A stretch of 64,000 nucleotides of DNA from an uncultured Candidatus Peribacteria bacterium (GCA_964387375.1 CAYLWB010000001.1:38514-102513); one strand, 5' to 3'; shown: positions 36,356 to 45,603, numbered from the stretch's first letter. Notes: generated by a model not told the origin, from the letters alone. Made by a program: numbers and translations.

Positions 36356-37850
36356 AATAAGCAGCTAGCAAGTACACTGCAGCACCTAAAAAGGTGCTGC
36401 CAAATAGATCCACTGATAGAGATAGATCAAGAGCATCTAGCCCTAAGAGAAGCAAGAGGAGTAAAGCATTCAAGAAAAATAACTGCAAAATTCTTTTAGC
36501 CTCAAAGAAAGACCAGACTTGAATCTTTAAGAATCGAGCAAGTAAAAACATCAAAAGGAGGGCATTCAAGCTTGCACTCAAACCCGCAGAGAGGGCCAGC
36601 GCCCAGACGTCCCAATGAAAAACCTGAGTTAAAATAAGGCTGCAAGAAGATCCAAAAACAACGGAAAATAGAGCTGCTAAAACAGGACGTTTGGAGTCCT
36701 GAAGGGCATAAAAAGCTCGGGCAAAGAGCGGCACCAAACTCTGACCCAGAGAAGCCCAAATAAAAATGCCCAAAGTGAAGGTTGTCTTGGCACTGGCACT
36801 TTCGCTGAAGGCTCCTCGTTCTAGGAAAAACCGTACGATTTCTTCCCTCAAAAAGAAGATTCCTAACGTGAGTGGCAAAATCCAGAACAGGAGAAAAGAA
36901 GTTGCCTTACGAAGGATTTCGACAAAGCGTTGATTTTTCGAGTCTTGAGATTCTTCCGAAAGATCAGGAAAGATTGCCATAGAAAATGAAACAGCAACCA
37001 CCCCATAAGGCAGACTCTGAAAATTAAGTGCATAGTTGTATACAGAAAGACTTCCTGTAGTGAGCAAAGACGCTAAAAAGGTATCTATTAAAAGGCTGAA
37101 CTGAGCAACAGAAACACCAAAAAGACGAGGAAGCGAGAGAAGGAAAAAATCCTTAAAAAGCTGAGACTTCCATTGATGATGCCACTTTAAACGAAAGGGA
37201 GTTTTTAAAAGACCAGGTATTTGAACTAAAAAGTGTAAAATTGCCCCCAGCACGACCCCCCAGGCCAAAGCATAAACCCCATACTTTTCCCCAAAGAACC
37301 AAGCCGCACCTAAGATGCTTAAATTATAAAAAATAGGCGCTAGAGCAATTCCAAAGAACCTTTTATGTGCATTTTCTATTCCCTGGAAAAGGCTGCTCAC
37401 TCCCATAAAAAGAGGTGATAACAAAAGAATTCGTGTGACCTGCGTTGTTAGTTCAGAAAGCTCAGGAGTGAAACCTGGAACGTAGAGGCGAATGAGTGCA
37501 GGCGCAAAACACCACAAGAAAAAGCTCAATCCAAAAAAGACCCAGAAAAATAATGCAAGTAAACCATTTGCAAAATGGTTGGCTTCTTCTTGAGAACCTT
37601 GTTTTGCACGGACATAAAGAGGGATAAAGGCGGTAGAAAGAGCTCCAGTGATCAAAAAGGTATAGAGCAAGTCTGGAATACGAAAAGCTGCAAAATAAGC
37701 GTCCAGGGAGTGGATGCCTCCAAGCTCACCCACTCCAAAAGTTTTGGAGAAGATGACTTCCCTGAGTAGGCCTAACATTCGGCTCAACAAAGAAGAGCTC
37801 GCCAGTAATAAAGTGCCCCACGCCAAAGTCGAAAAAAATGTTTTTCGCAT
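36303..37850 (-). CDS. murJ: lipid II flippase MurJ/MviN
   Basis: LSRMLGLLREVIFSKTFGVGE...DAYFAAFRIPDLLYTFLITGALSTAFIPLY, about 14 TM helices, 515 aa. Confidence 0.9.
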   Translation of the reverse strand: MRKTFFSTLAWGTLLLASSSLLSRMLGLLREVIFSKTFGVGELGGIHSLDAYFAAFRIPDLLYTFLITGALSTAFIPLYVRAKQGSQEEANHFANGLLALFFWVFFGLSFFLWCFAPALIRLYVPGFTPELSELTTQVTRILLLSPLFMGVSSLFQGIENAHKRFFGIALAPIFYNLSILGAAWFFGEKYGVYALAWGVVLGAILHFLVQIPGLLKTPFRLKWHHQWKSQLFKDFFLLSLPRLFGVSVAQFSLLIDTFLASLLTTGSLSVYNYALNFQSLPYGVVAVSFSMAIFPDLSEESQDSKNQRFVEILRKATSFLLFWILPLTLGIFFLREEIVRFFLERGAFSESASAKTTFTLGIFIWASLGQSLVPLFARAFYALQDSKRPVLAALFSVVFGSSCSLILTQVFHWDVWALALSAGLSASLNALLLMFLLARFLKIQVWSFFEAKRILQLFFLNALLLLLLLGLDALDLSLSVDLFGSTFLGAAVYLLAAYFTKAIPSLRAPQTHSKA

Positions 37851-37894
37851 GAACGAAGTTTAGCATGAGACATGGCATTCTGGGCTCAGAATGC

Positions 37895-37923
37895 TTGTCA
37901 AAATTAATAATTTATGTTATAAT
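37895..37923 (+). promoter_or_regulatory. sigma70-like promoter with extended -10
   Basis: TTGTCA (37895-37900), 17-nt spacer ending in TGT, TATAAT (37918-37923). It lies 27 nt upstream of ATG 37951 and inside the longer track ORF, which argues for the 37951 start. Confidence 0.6.
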
Positions 37924-37950
37924 ACAAGGATTACTCAATCGATCTCCCAC

Positions 37951-40293
37951 ATGCTTGAACGCATCAACAAGCTTCTAAATGTTTCGAAGCATGAATGGCC
38001 CCGTATCCTCGTGGCCTGGAGCATGACTTTCCTCTCTCGCGTTGGCTTCATCGTGGGATGGAGCGCCCTGGTAGCCACTTTTCTAGGGAAAATGGGCATA
38101 GAACGCCTCCCCTTCTTGTTTTTGTTCAATGCCATTTTAGTCATTGCAGGGGTGCTGCTCTTTCGACCTTGGATCCACAAAGTTCGTAGAGAGCTCTTGA
38201 TCACAAGCACCGCTCTCACTGCAGCCGCTTTCATAGTGGGATCAGTGTTTTTCATCCAAAATCAAACCTTGTTGGCCTTTGGACTTCTCCTTTTGGTTGA
38301 AGGAGTTTTAATTTCACAGCTCAACATTTTACTTTCTCTTTTCAACGAAGATCTATTCACCCCCCTAGAAAGTCAACGCACCTTCCCCATAGTCGAATCT
38401 GCTGAAACACTGGGTGGTATTGCAGGGGGGTTGATCCTGACAGGATTTGCCAATGAATGGCCTGTTTATAAATTTCTTTTGATCTGGGCTGTTGCTCTGT
38501 TGCTGATTCTCCCTTTGGTTTTGAGGTTCAATCCAAAGACAATGGAAGTTCCAAAATTCAAAGAAGTTCATCATGAGAAAAAGGGGTGGAAAGAGCACTT
38601 CCAAAAGCTTAGACGCGTGCCCTTTCTACGCAGTCTGATGATCATCGTGGCTCTACACTGGGCCATTATGAACATGGTTGAATTCCAATACACAAAGGCC
38701 ATCCAACAAGATGTTTATGGCACACAAGAAGAGACCTTGGTTCAAGAAGACCACGTCATTTTGGCTGCAGAAGAAGAGGAAAACTACGATCAAATGATTG
38801 CCAAGAAAATGGGAACTTTGCATGTCATCTTCAACACTACAGCTTTGGGTTTGCAGCTGATTTTTGCAAGCCGCATTCTAACTTCCCTGGGAGTTGTTTC
38901 CAGTTTAATGGTGCATCCTCTCGTTGCATTTATGAATATTCTAGCTCTCACCTTGCGTTTCGGTTTCATTACCGGAGCGGTTACTCGCGGAGGCTATGAG
39001 CTCACTGGGATCTTATTTAAAAGTGCGTATGACTCCTCGTATTACGCGATTCCTCACGAAGATCGAGACGACGTGAAAGAATTCATGCAAGGGATCATGA
39101 AACCATTGGGTGCGATTCTCGGGACCCTTTCTATACTTATTTTTTCCCTCTTTTTACAAGGCCCACAAGAAACGCTAGGAGTCAATCTAATGCTTCTCGT
39201 CTTAGCTTTCGTAATGGTTTTAGTCCTGCTTCCCACGAGCAAACGCTATACAGATCTTTCCGAACAGAATCTGAGCCGTAAGTTGGACCTTTCCACACGA
39301 CTCAATGCCGTTGAAATCCTAGGTCAAAACGGACATCAAAAAAACACACCCTCTCTTTATAAGATTTTGAACCGTGAAGGAGAAGCTGAAATTTTAAAAG
39401 TTAAAATCATGAAAAGTTTGGGAGAACGTCACGAACTGGAATCTGTTGGTGTTCTTTTAAATTTTTTGAACTCCCCTAGCAGCAAGTTACGACTTGCCGC
39501 GGTTTTAGCACTACGATCCTTTAAAGATTTGCAAAAAAGTGAGCTAGAACAAGCCTTTACAAAACATCGGGTCATCAATGAAATAAAACACATTTTGGAA
39601 GAAGAAAAGGAAGACAGCATACGTGAAGAACTCATGTTTTTCTTTTACGAACTTGATCCGGTTCAACTCATTGAATTTCTCTTCAAAATGATTGAAAAAG
39701 AGCAGCCTCGAGGACGGAGTGGATTTATTCGAATGTTGCGACTCTTTAAAGACCCAAACCTTAAATATTATCTAGAACCTCATCTTAAAGGTAGCTCTCC
39801 AGAGCTCCGCAGTGCAAGTGTGATCGCTTTGTGGAATTTTGAAGAACTGAAACCACAACTCAAACACACCATAAGACAAATGTTTGAAAGTCCAAAACTT
39901 CAGATTTTGGAACTTGGCATCTTAACAGCAGGAGAAGTTGGACTTACAGAGGAGCGCGAACGAATTAAAACTTTTTTGGGCCACAGCAGTTTAAAAATTC
40001 ATGAGGCAGCACTGCTTGCCCTAGCACAAATGGAAGATCACTCTGTATTGCACGAACTGGTAAAACGTTTGAGCGACCCTCTCCACCCCTGGTTTGAACG
40101 TACCGAAGAGTTGCTTAAAAAGTTCACGAGCTACTTCCGTAGACTCACACAAAAACATATCGACGACAGCATCCGAAAACGTATTGGTCATCTGATTCGG
40201 AACAAAGAACTCGATAAGGGGAAGAAACACGAACTCAAAAAGCTCTATGAAAAAATAGGCGCTCATCATCAAGCTCACTTGCTCGAAGAATAA
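37951..40293 (+). CDS. polytopic transporter-like membrane domain (MFS/TLC nucleotide-translocase-like) fused to C-terminal HEAT repeats
   Basis: N-terminus HEWPRILVAWSMTFLSRVGFIVGWSALVATFLGKMGIERLPFLFLFNAILV followed by about 11-12 TM helices. The C-terminal 300 aa or so hold repeated HEAT/PBS-lyase-like units (SVGVLLNFLNSPSSKLRLAAVLALRSF; SPELRSASVIALWNF; IHEAALLALAQM). Confidence 0.55.
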   Translation: MLERINKLLNVSKHEWPRILVAWSMTFLSRVGFIVGWSALVATFLGKMGIERLPFLFLFNAILVIAGVLLFRPWIHKVRRELLITSTALTAAAFIVGSVFFIQNQTLLAFGLLLLVEGVLISQLNILLSLFNEDLFTPLESQRTFPIVESAETLGGIAGGLILTGFANEWPVYKFLLIWAVALLLILPLVLRFNPKTMEVPKFKEVHHEKKGWKEHFQKLRRVPFLRSLMIIVALHWAIMNMVEFQYTKAIQQDVYGTQEETLVQEDHVILAAEEEENYDQMIAKKMGTLHVIFNTTALGLQLIFASRILTSLGVVSSLMVHPLVAFMNILALTLRFGFITGAVTRGGYELTGILFKSAYDSSYYAIPHEDRDDVKEFMQGIMKPLGAILGTLSILIFSLFLQGPQETLGVNLMLLVLAFVMVLVLLPTSKRYTDLSEQNLSRKLDLSTRLNAVEILGQNGHQKNTPSLYKILNREGEAEILKVKIMKSLGERHELESVGVLLNFLNSPSSKLRLAAVLALRSFKDLQKSELEQAFTKHRVINEIKHILEEEKEDSIREELMFFFYELDPVQLIEFLFKMIEKEQPRGRSGFIRMLRLFKDPNLKYYLEPHLKGSSPELRSASVIALWNFEELKPQLKHTIRQMFESPKLQILELGILTAGEVGLTEERERIKTFLGHSSLKIHEAALLALAQMEDHSVLHELVKRLSDPLHPWFERTEELLKKFTSYFRRLTQKHIDDSIRKRIGHLIRNKELDKGKKHELKKLYEKIGAHHQAHLLEE

Positions 40294-40305
40294 GAAAAAA
40301 ATATA

Positions 40306-41454
40306 ATGGGGCAGATGTCAGTTCTACGCCGCTTTCTTTCTGCAACCGTTCTATTGGATTTATTCCTTGTGAATTTTGCGCTGGGAGCTGTTTTCTTTGT
40401 ACTGAAAGATAAACTCCCAAGCTTCTTCCCATTGATCCTGCTGTTTCTTTCTTTTGTAAGTGTCTGTTTTCTAGTTTATTTCAAAATTCACCTTCCTCTC
40501 AACAAGGTCATTCAAGAAATGAAAGCCCTTCTTACAGGAAGAACCTACCGTCGCATAATGACCTCCAAAAGAGATGAGATTGGCGTTTTAGCTCACTTTT
40601 TCAATGAAATCACCCGCAATCTTGAAAGCATCTCTGGAGACGTACGTTCCAATGAACGCATTAAAAAAGAATTGAATGCAGCTCAAAACATTCAAAAGGA
40701 TTTGCTTCCTTCCGAAGCTCCTCGCATAGCGGGACTCGAAATTTGTGCCAAAACACGCCCTGCCTCAGAAATCGGTGGAGACAGTTTTGATTTTTATTTC
40801 AATAAAAACCGTACATTCCTCTACGTGGGAGACTCTACAGGCCACGGCATCCCTGCGGGCATCGTTATGGTGATGGTCGACACGTTGATTGAAACCTTCA
40901 TCGACCTTTATTCCTCAGTGACAGAAATACTTGTCCAATTGAATAAGTACTTAAAACCTCACCTCCAAACCACCATGTTCATGACCTTGGTGCTTTTGGA
41001 GTGGATCCCAGAACGTCAAACGTTCAAATGGGCTGGTGCTGGACACGAATACCTTGTCCATGCCAAAACCAGCACTGGAGAGGTCAATGCATATCCTTGC
41101 GGTGGAGTCGCGCTTGGAATGATTGCCGACAACAGCAAGCACGTAAAAGAGAACGAGATCACCATGAACCCACTCGATTTTCTTGTTTTATACTCTGATG
41201 GGATAACAGAAGCAAAAAATGTAATGGGAGAAACTTACGGGCTGGAACGTCTACAGAACGCTATTAAGACCCATATGAGCACTGATATGGCAGCAAAAGA
41301 TCTCTTCGACCATATTGCTTTGGACGTGAGTCATTTTATGGCTGGAAGCGTGCAAGACGATGACATGACCCTCATCGTCATTAAGCACGTGGTGTCCAAT
41401 CCTGAAGAAAAGATGGAAGCACACTTGGAGCCTGTAGATCCGGCAGCTTTTTAA
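40306..41454 (+). CDS. membrane-bound HAMP-domain PP2C (SpoIIE/RsbU-type) phosphoserine phosphatase
   Basis: Two N-terminal TM helices, a HAMP-like linker (LPLNKVIQEMKALLTGRTYRRI...EIGVLAHFFNEITRNLE), then EIGGDSFDF, YVGDSTGHGIPAGIVMVM, YSDGITEA, DDMTLIVIK. Confidence 0.85.
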   Translation: MGQMSVLRRFLSATVLLDLFLVNFALGAVFFVLKDKLPSFFPLILLFLSFVSVCFLVYFKIHLPLNKVIQEMKALLTGRTYRRIMTSKRDEIGVLAHFFNEITRNLESISGDVRSNERIKKELNAAQNIQKDLLPSEAPRIAGLEICAKTRPASEIGGDSFDFYFNKNRTFLYVGDSTGHGIPAGIVMVMVDTLIETFIDLYSSVTEILVQLNKYLKPHLQTTMFMTLVLLEWIPERQTFKWAGAGHEYLVHAKTSTGEVNAYPCGGVALGMIADNSKHVKENEITMNPLDFLVLYSDGITEAKNVMGETYGLERLQNAIKTHMSTDMAAKDLFDHIALDVSHFMAGSVQDDDMTLIVIKHVVSNPEEKMEAHLEPVDPAAF

Positions 41455-42865
41455 TCTCATGGATCTCCTCGACGGAGAACTTCCCAAGATAAAGTTCGCG
41501 GGGATCGCCTCCTTGAGCAATGAAGTTTTTTACCTGCAAATATCCACGGAAAGGGAGAGCTCCTTCCGCAAAAGCTCCTGATTGATCTAGATTCAACAGT
41601 CCTTTTTTGCTTTCAAAAGCAAAATCAAAAGCTTCTTCGGGGCTCAATCCAAGTTTTAAACAGTAATCAAAACTCTCACAAAAGCCATGAGTACGAGCAA
41701 AATCAATAACGAACAAATGAAGAGCCGCTTTGACCAATACACCTTTGCCAAACAATTGACTTTGATTCCACAAATCTAAACCTTTTACAGTGGTTTGAGC
41801 TCCCGCCCAGCCCACCTTAAACAATTCATAAACCTGCCCTTCGGCATTCTGCTCCAAAAATTTATCCACCTCTCCCGTTTTGGACAGAGTTTTTATTTCA
41901 TGCTTTTCACTCAGAATTTGTCGAGCCGCTTCGAGTTCATCCTGAGTGGGAAAGGGGTAAAGGGCTTGCCCCAACTCTTCAAAATCTACCGTCCCAATGT
42001 TTCTTAAAACAGCGTGTTTTTTTTGAAGTTCTTCCCTTTTGCGCCCAAGCAAAGCGCTTAAAACTGACGTACTTTCTGTAGAAAACTCTTCAATGGGATC
42101 AAGCTTTGTCTTGGGATAGACGAAACGAGGAGATCGAGTGGAATTCTGCAAAAATGCTTCTTTCTCTGTCTCGAGGTTGAGAGGCGTGATCAAAGGAGTG
42201 AATTGAAGAGAGCGATGCACTCGAGTTAAAAATCGATCCAAGAGCAATTCTTGTCGTGTAGAGCAATCCTTTGTAGAGACTAAAGCTTGGTGTTTTTTTC
42301 TTTTAATCCCAAACAGTTCCTGAGCCATTCGTACAGAGCTTTCAATATTTTTTGCACGCACTCCTTCCATTTTCTGAAGGATATCTTTTGGAAGTTTTGA
42401 TGGAAGGATTGGAGACAACCCAATCAGAATTGGACCTCGCTCGTCATCCTCCACCAAATAGATCTTGAAGGCTGAAAAGGGTAAATGATGGGCAATTTTA
42501 GCCGCAAAATAAAGATTCTTTGTTTTAGACGTGGTGCTACGAACTGGAACGCCATGAAGCATTGTGATGCGATGGGGCTTAGAAGCAAAAGCTTCCTCCA
42601 CCAAAACTACATCTGGAATTCGTGCAGGATTAAAACACCCTTCCAAACAATCTTCCGCCTGAGCTTCTAGATTTTGTGATGAAGCAAAACGATGAAATTC
42701 CCAATCTGGCCCAACCAAAAAAGCACCTGAGATTTTCGAGAAATTAAAATTCTGCACATCTCGATGTTGACGAAAAAGCGCATGAAGCTTTGGAAGTAAA
42801 AACCCCTTCTTTTCAAAAAACTTTCTTAAACGTAAACGGCTTTTTATAAAGAACGCGGCTTTCAT
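41381..42865 (-). CDS. hypothetical protein whose C-terminal ~280 aa resemble DUF1704/MATCAP-type carboxypeptidases but lack the HExxH site
   Basis: TPLNLETEKEAFLQNSTRSPRFVYP, LYPFPTQDELEAARQIL and the tail AFAEGALPFRGYLQVKNFIAQGGDPRELYLGKFSVEEIHEIKKL...VLPSFL follow the DUF1704 block order. No HExxH and no QEGLA motif are present. The N-terminal ~210 aa are unassigned. Confidence 0.4.
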   Translation of the reverse strand: MKAAFFIKSRLRLRKFFEKKGFLLPKLHALFRQHRDVQNFNFSKISGAFLVGPDWEFHRFASSQNLEAQAEDCLEGCFNPARIPDVVLVEEAFASKPHRITMLHGVPVRSTTSKTKNLYFAAKIAHHLPFSAFKIYLVEDDERGPILIGLSPILPSKLPKDILQKMEGVRAKNIESSVRMAQELFGIKRKKHQALVSTKDCSTRQELLLDRFLTRVHRSLQFTPLITPLNLETEKEAFLQNSTRSPRFVYPKTKLDPIEEFSTESTSVLSALLGRKREELQKKHAVLRNIGTVDFEELGQALYPFPTQDELEAARQILSEKHEIKTLSKTGEVDKFLEQNAEGQVYELFKVGWAGAQTTVKGLDLWNQSQLFGKGVLVKAALHLFVIDFARTHGFCESFDYCLKLGLSPEEAFDFAFESKKGLLNLDQSGAFAEGALPFRGYLQVKNFIAQGGDPRELYLGKFSVEEIHEIKKLPDLQAPSVLPSFLQDWTPRA

Positions 42866-43989
42866 TTCTTACGAGGAATTAAATATTCCGAAAGATACAA
42901 TCCTTTCCAAAGGTTCAAAAGATAGAGCAGTACGGGAACGGTTAAAAGAAGTTCTGGCCTCGACAAGAGTAGAAGTTTTAAGAGATCCCATTCCAAAAGC
43001 AGATTTGCAAGCAGAGAAACGATAAGGAGTTCCAAGAAAAACCAGAGTCGCAAACCGTGTTTTTTAGGGATATAAACCGTTTCAAAGCTTTCCAAAAATT
43101 CACTAAAAACAAGTGCGGCCAAAAAGAGAAAGCCTAGTCCATCTCGAACACCGAAAGAAGGTGCTAAACTGAGTAAGAAAAGGAGCACAATGCTCAGCAT
43201 AAAGAGACGAAGAGCAGAGCGGGAAAGTCCTGCAAAGGAAGTGCGTTTGAGAAAGAATCGCATTAGCGCTTCGAACAAAAGAACCGCAAAGAAAAAAAGA
43301 AGCCCATAAGGCAAACCAGCAACAAGAAAAACGACGGTCCAAAGAGTAGGCAGGAAGAGGCCAAGCGGGGAAATGCCAAAAATTTTTCTGAGCAATACAA
43401 AAAAAGTTGCTAAAAAAGGAAGTGCAAGAACCAACGCAAGAAAGGAAATAGGAATGGGCAAACTTAATAATTGATTCTGCCAAGAATCTGAGGGGAAGAC
43501 CCACTCTCCACCAGAAAGATCCCCATCCAAGACCCCAAAGAGGTCTTTTGGATGAAGTAGGAAGAGAGGCGATTTAGCCAATCCATTAAAGAGTTCAAAG
43601 GGTTCTTCCGTAATCAAAAGAATGTCTTGATTAGGAGAACTCCCCTGCTCTAATGCAGTAAAGCTGGCCACTCCATTATTCCACAAAAGCACTGTCTTAG
43701 CGTTTTGAAAAAGATCGCGATTCTTCAAAATTAGATCTTCAACAGCCTCCGCTTCTGCAAAGTCGGAAGGAGCATCAAAATCCATTAAAAGATCCGCCTT
43801 CAGCCCTTTTTCTTCAGCCCAATTCATAAAGGCCCTTAAATCTACTTCTGCAGTAGAATCGCTTGAAAGAACTAAAAAAGGACCTTCAAAAGCAAAAACT
43901 TGAGGAGCTAGAATCAAAACAAAGAAAAGGGCGGCGCAGAGTTTTTTAAACATGCTCAGATTATAAAGGCTTTTCTTTCCTTCCGCCAC
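42862..43989 (-). CDS. signal-peptide protein with an extracytoplasmic domain and a C-terminal 7TM module (7TM_transglut-like)
   Basis: Signal peptide LCAALFFVLILAPQVFA, a soluble domain of about 170 aa, then 7 hydrophobic helices. The conserved-looking blocks IFGISPLGLFLPTL, FSEFLESFE and the terminal WKGLYLSEYLIPRK resemble the 7TM domain usually fused to inactive transglutaminases. ATGA-type 4-nt overlap with the downstream gene. Confidence 0.45.
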   Translation of the reverse strand: MAEGKKSLYNLSMFKKLCAALFFVLILAPQVFAFEGPFLVLSSDSTAEVDLRAFMNWAEEKGLKADLLMDFDAPSDFAEAEAVEDLILKNRDLFQNAKTVLLWNNGVASFTALEQGSSPNQDILLITEEPFELFNGLAKSPLFLLHPKDLFGVLDGDLSGGEWVFPSDSWQNQLLSLPIPISFLALVLALPFLATFFVLLRKIFGISPLGLFLPTLWTVVFLVAGLPYGLLFFFAVLLFEALMRFFLKRTSFAGLSRSALRLFMLSIVLLFLLSLAPSFGVRDGLGFLFLAALVFSEFLESFETVYIPKKHGLRLWFFLELLIVSLLANLLLEWDLLKLLLLSRPELLLTVPVLLYLLNLWKGLYLSEYLIPRKK

Positions 43990-44031
43990 ACCTTAAAATC
44001 TGTTAGACTGTCCTAGAGAGTTTTCCACGCT

Positions 44032-45603
44032 ATGTTCATCGCCTTCAAGAATTTGAACCACTTTAAATCACGTATTTTTGCCGCCGTTTTCGCCGTTTTT
44101 TTAGCCGCAGGTTTAAGCCAAAATTCGCTTGCCTATGTGATTCTTTCGAGTGAAAGCGGCCCTTTAGACGGCTTCCAAATTACAGGCCTTAGCGGAACTG
44201 TAGAGGCGGGTAAAAATCAAAGCATTACAGTGAAGGCAATCGACGTTGATGGAAATACTGTTACAGACTACCAAGGAACCATTCGTTTTTCTTCCACAGA
44301 CGACAGTGCCGATCTGCCCAACGATTACACCTTCTTAACCAGTGACCAAGGAGTTCATAAGTTTGATCTTTCTGTTAAATTCCTCACCCCTGGTGAACAA
44401 ACCCTTACAATTACTGATGTTGAAGAGTACACCATCCAAGAAGAGCTGGGGTTTGAGGTGGTTTTGGATGACGAAAGTGCCGTAGATTACGGTTCTGATT
44501 TCGTCGTGGATAATTTTGAACGCGAAGGAGATTTCACTCTCATCAGCCCCGCTTCTGGAACCTATTCTGGTGACTCCATAGAAATCCAAGGAGAAGCCGA
44601 CTATGGGAAGAGTTTTATTGTTTATTTAAACGACGAAGAAGTGACCCGGGGAGAGGTTGAATTTGATGACACTTTTAGCACCTCAGTCAGCGATCTTGAG
44701 GATGGCAATTATGAACTTTACGTAGATATCGTTGAACTGGGTTCTGGTGACCCAGGTGAAGAACCTATTTTGGAAGTGAGCGAAACCTCCGTAGTAGAAC
44801 GAATCACCATCGACACGGAGGCACCCAACCTCATTTCAATCAGCTCTAGTCCAAAAAATCCAATCCCTGCAGGTGAGGAAGTCATTCTCACCGTCCTAAG
44901 CGAAAAAAACCTTGAGGATGCCTCTGCTCTTTTTGAAGAAAAACTTTACACATTCACAGAAAGCCAAAGCACTCCGGGGAAATACACCGTGAGCTTGACC
45001 ATGCCTGAAAGCGAAGGTGAGTTTAAAGTGGATGTTATTTTGGTAGACTCTCTTGATAATGAAGCTCAATACCGGGCTGCAATCACCTTAAGCACAGATG
45101 CTTCCGCAGTTAGCAACGACGAAGAAGAAACTGCTGGAAGTTTGGCGGTCACTGGAGTCACTGCCACTCCAACAACCAATGGCATTATCTTGAGCTGGGA
45201 AGCTGCCGAAAGCGCCGCTGGTATCGCCCACTATAAAATTTTCTATGGTCCTTCTTCCACTTCTCTTTTTGCTAAAACCGAAACAGACGATGCTTCAACA
45301 AGTTGGACTATTCCCAGCCTAATTGGAGATCAACTCTACTACTTTTCTGTGCAAGCCATCACCATCGATGGAGAAGAAGGACCCAAGAGCAACCCTGTTT
45401 TGGGGGTGCCTATCCTTGGGAAAAGCAGCTATCTTGATGGAGACATTCCAGACGCCACTCCCGATCCAGCATTGAACCAAGCAAACCTTCCCCCTGCATC
45501 TCCAGAAACAGGACCAGAACTCTTTTTAGTCTTCTTCATTAGTATTTTGGGTGCTATGGGCTACCTGATGGGAAGAGAGGGTGCAAACTCAAAAAAACTC
45601 TGA
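44032..45603 (+). CDS. secreted surface protein with Ig-like/fibronectin type III domains and a C-terminal sorting-signal-like anchor
   Basis: Signal peptide (IFAAVFAVFLAAGLSQNSLA). FN3-like VTGVTATPTTNGIILSWEAAESAAGIAHYKIFYG...YYFSVQAI. C-terminus SPETG, then a hydrophobic helix, then REGANSKKL. Confidence 0.6.
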   Translation: MFIAFKNLNHFKSRIFAAVFAVFLAAGLSQNSLAYVILSSESGPLDGFQITGLSGTVEAGKNQSITVKAIDVDGNTVTDYQGTIRFSSTDDSADLPNDYTFLTSDQGVHKFDLSVKFLTPGEQTLTITDVEEYTIQEELGFEVVLDDESAVDYGSDFVVDNFEREGDFTLISPASGTYSGDSIEIQGEADYGKSFIVYLNDEEVTRGEVEFDDTFSTSVSDLEDGNYELYVDIVELGSGDPGEEPILEVSETSVVERITIDTEAPNLISISSSPKNPIPAGEEVILTVLSEKNLEDASALFEEKLYTFTESQSTPGKYTVSLTMPESEGEFKVDVILVDSLDNEAQYRAAITLSTDASAVSNDEEETAGSLAVTGVTATPTTNGIILSWEAAESAAGIAHYKIFYGPSSTSLFAKTETDDASTSWTIPSLIGDQLYYFSVQAITIDGEEGPKSNPVLGVPILGKSSYLDGDIPDATPDPALNQANLPPASPETGPELFLVFFISILGAMGYLMGREGANSKKL

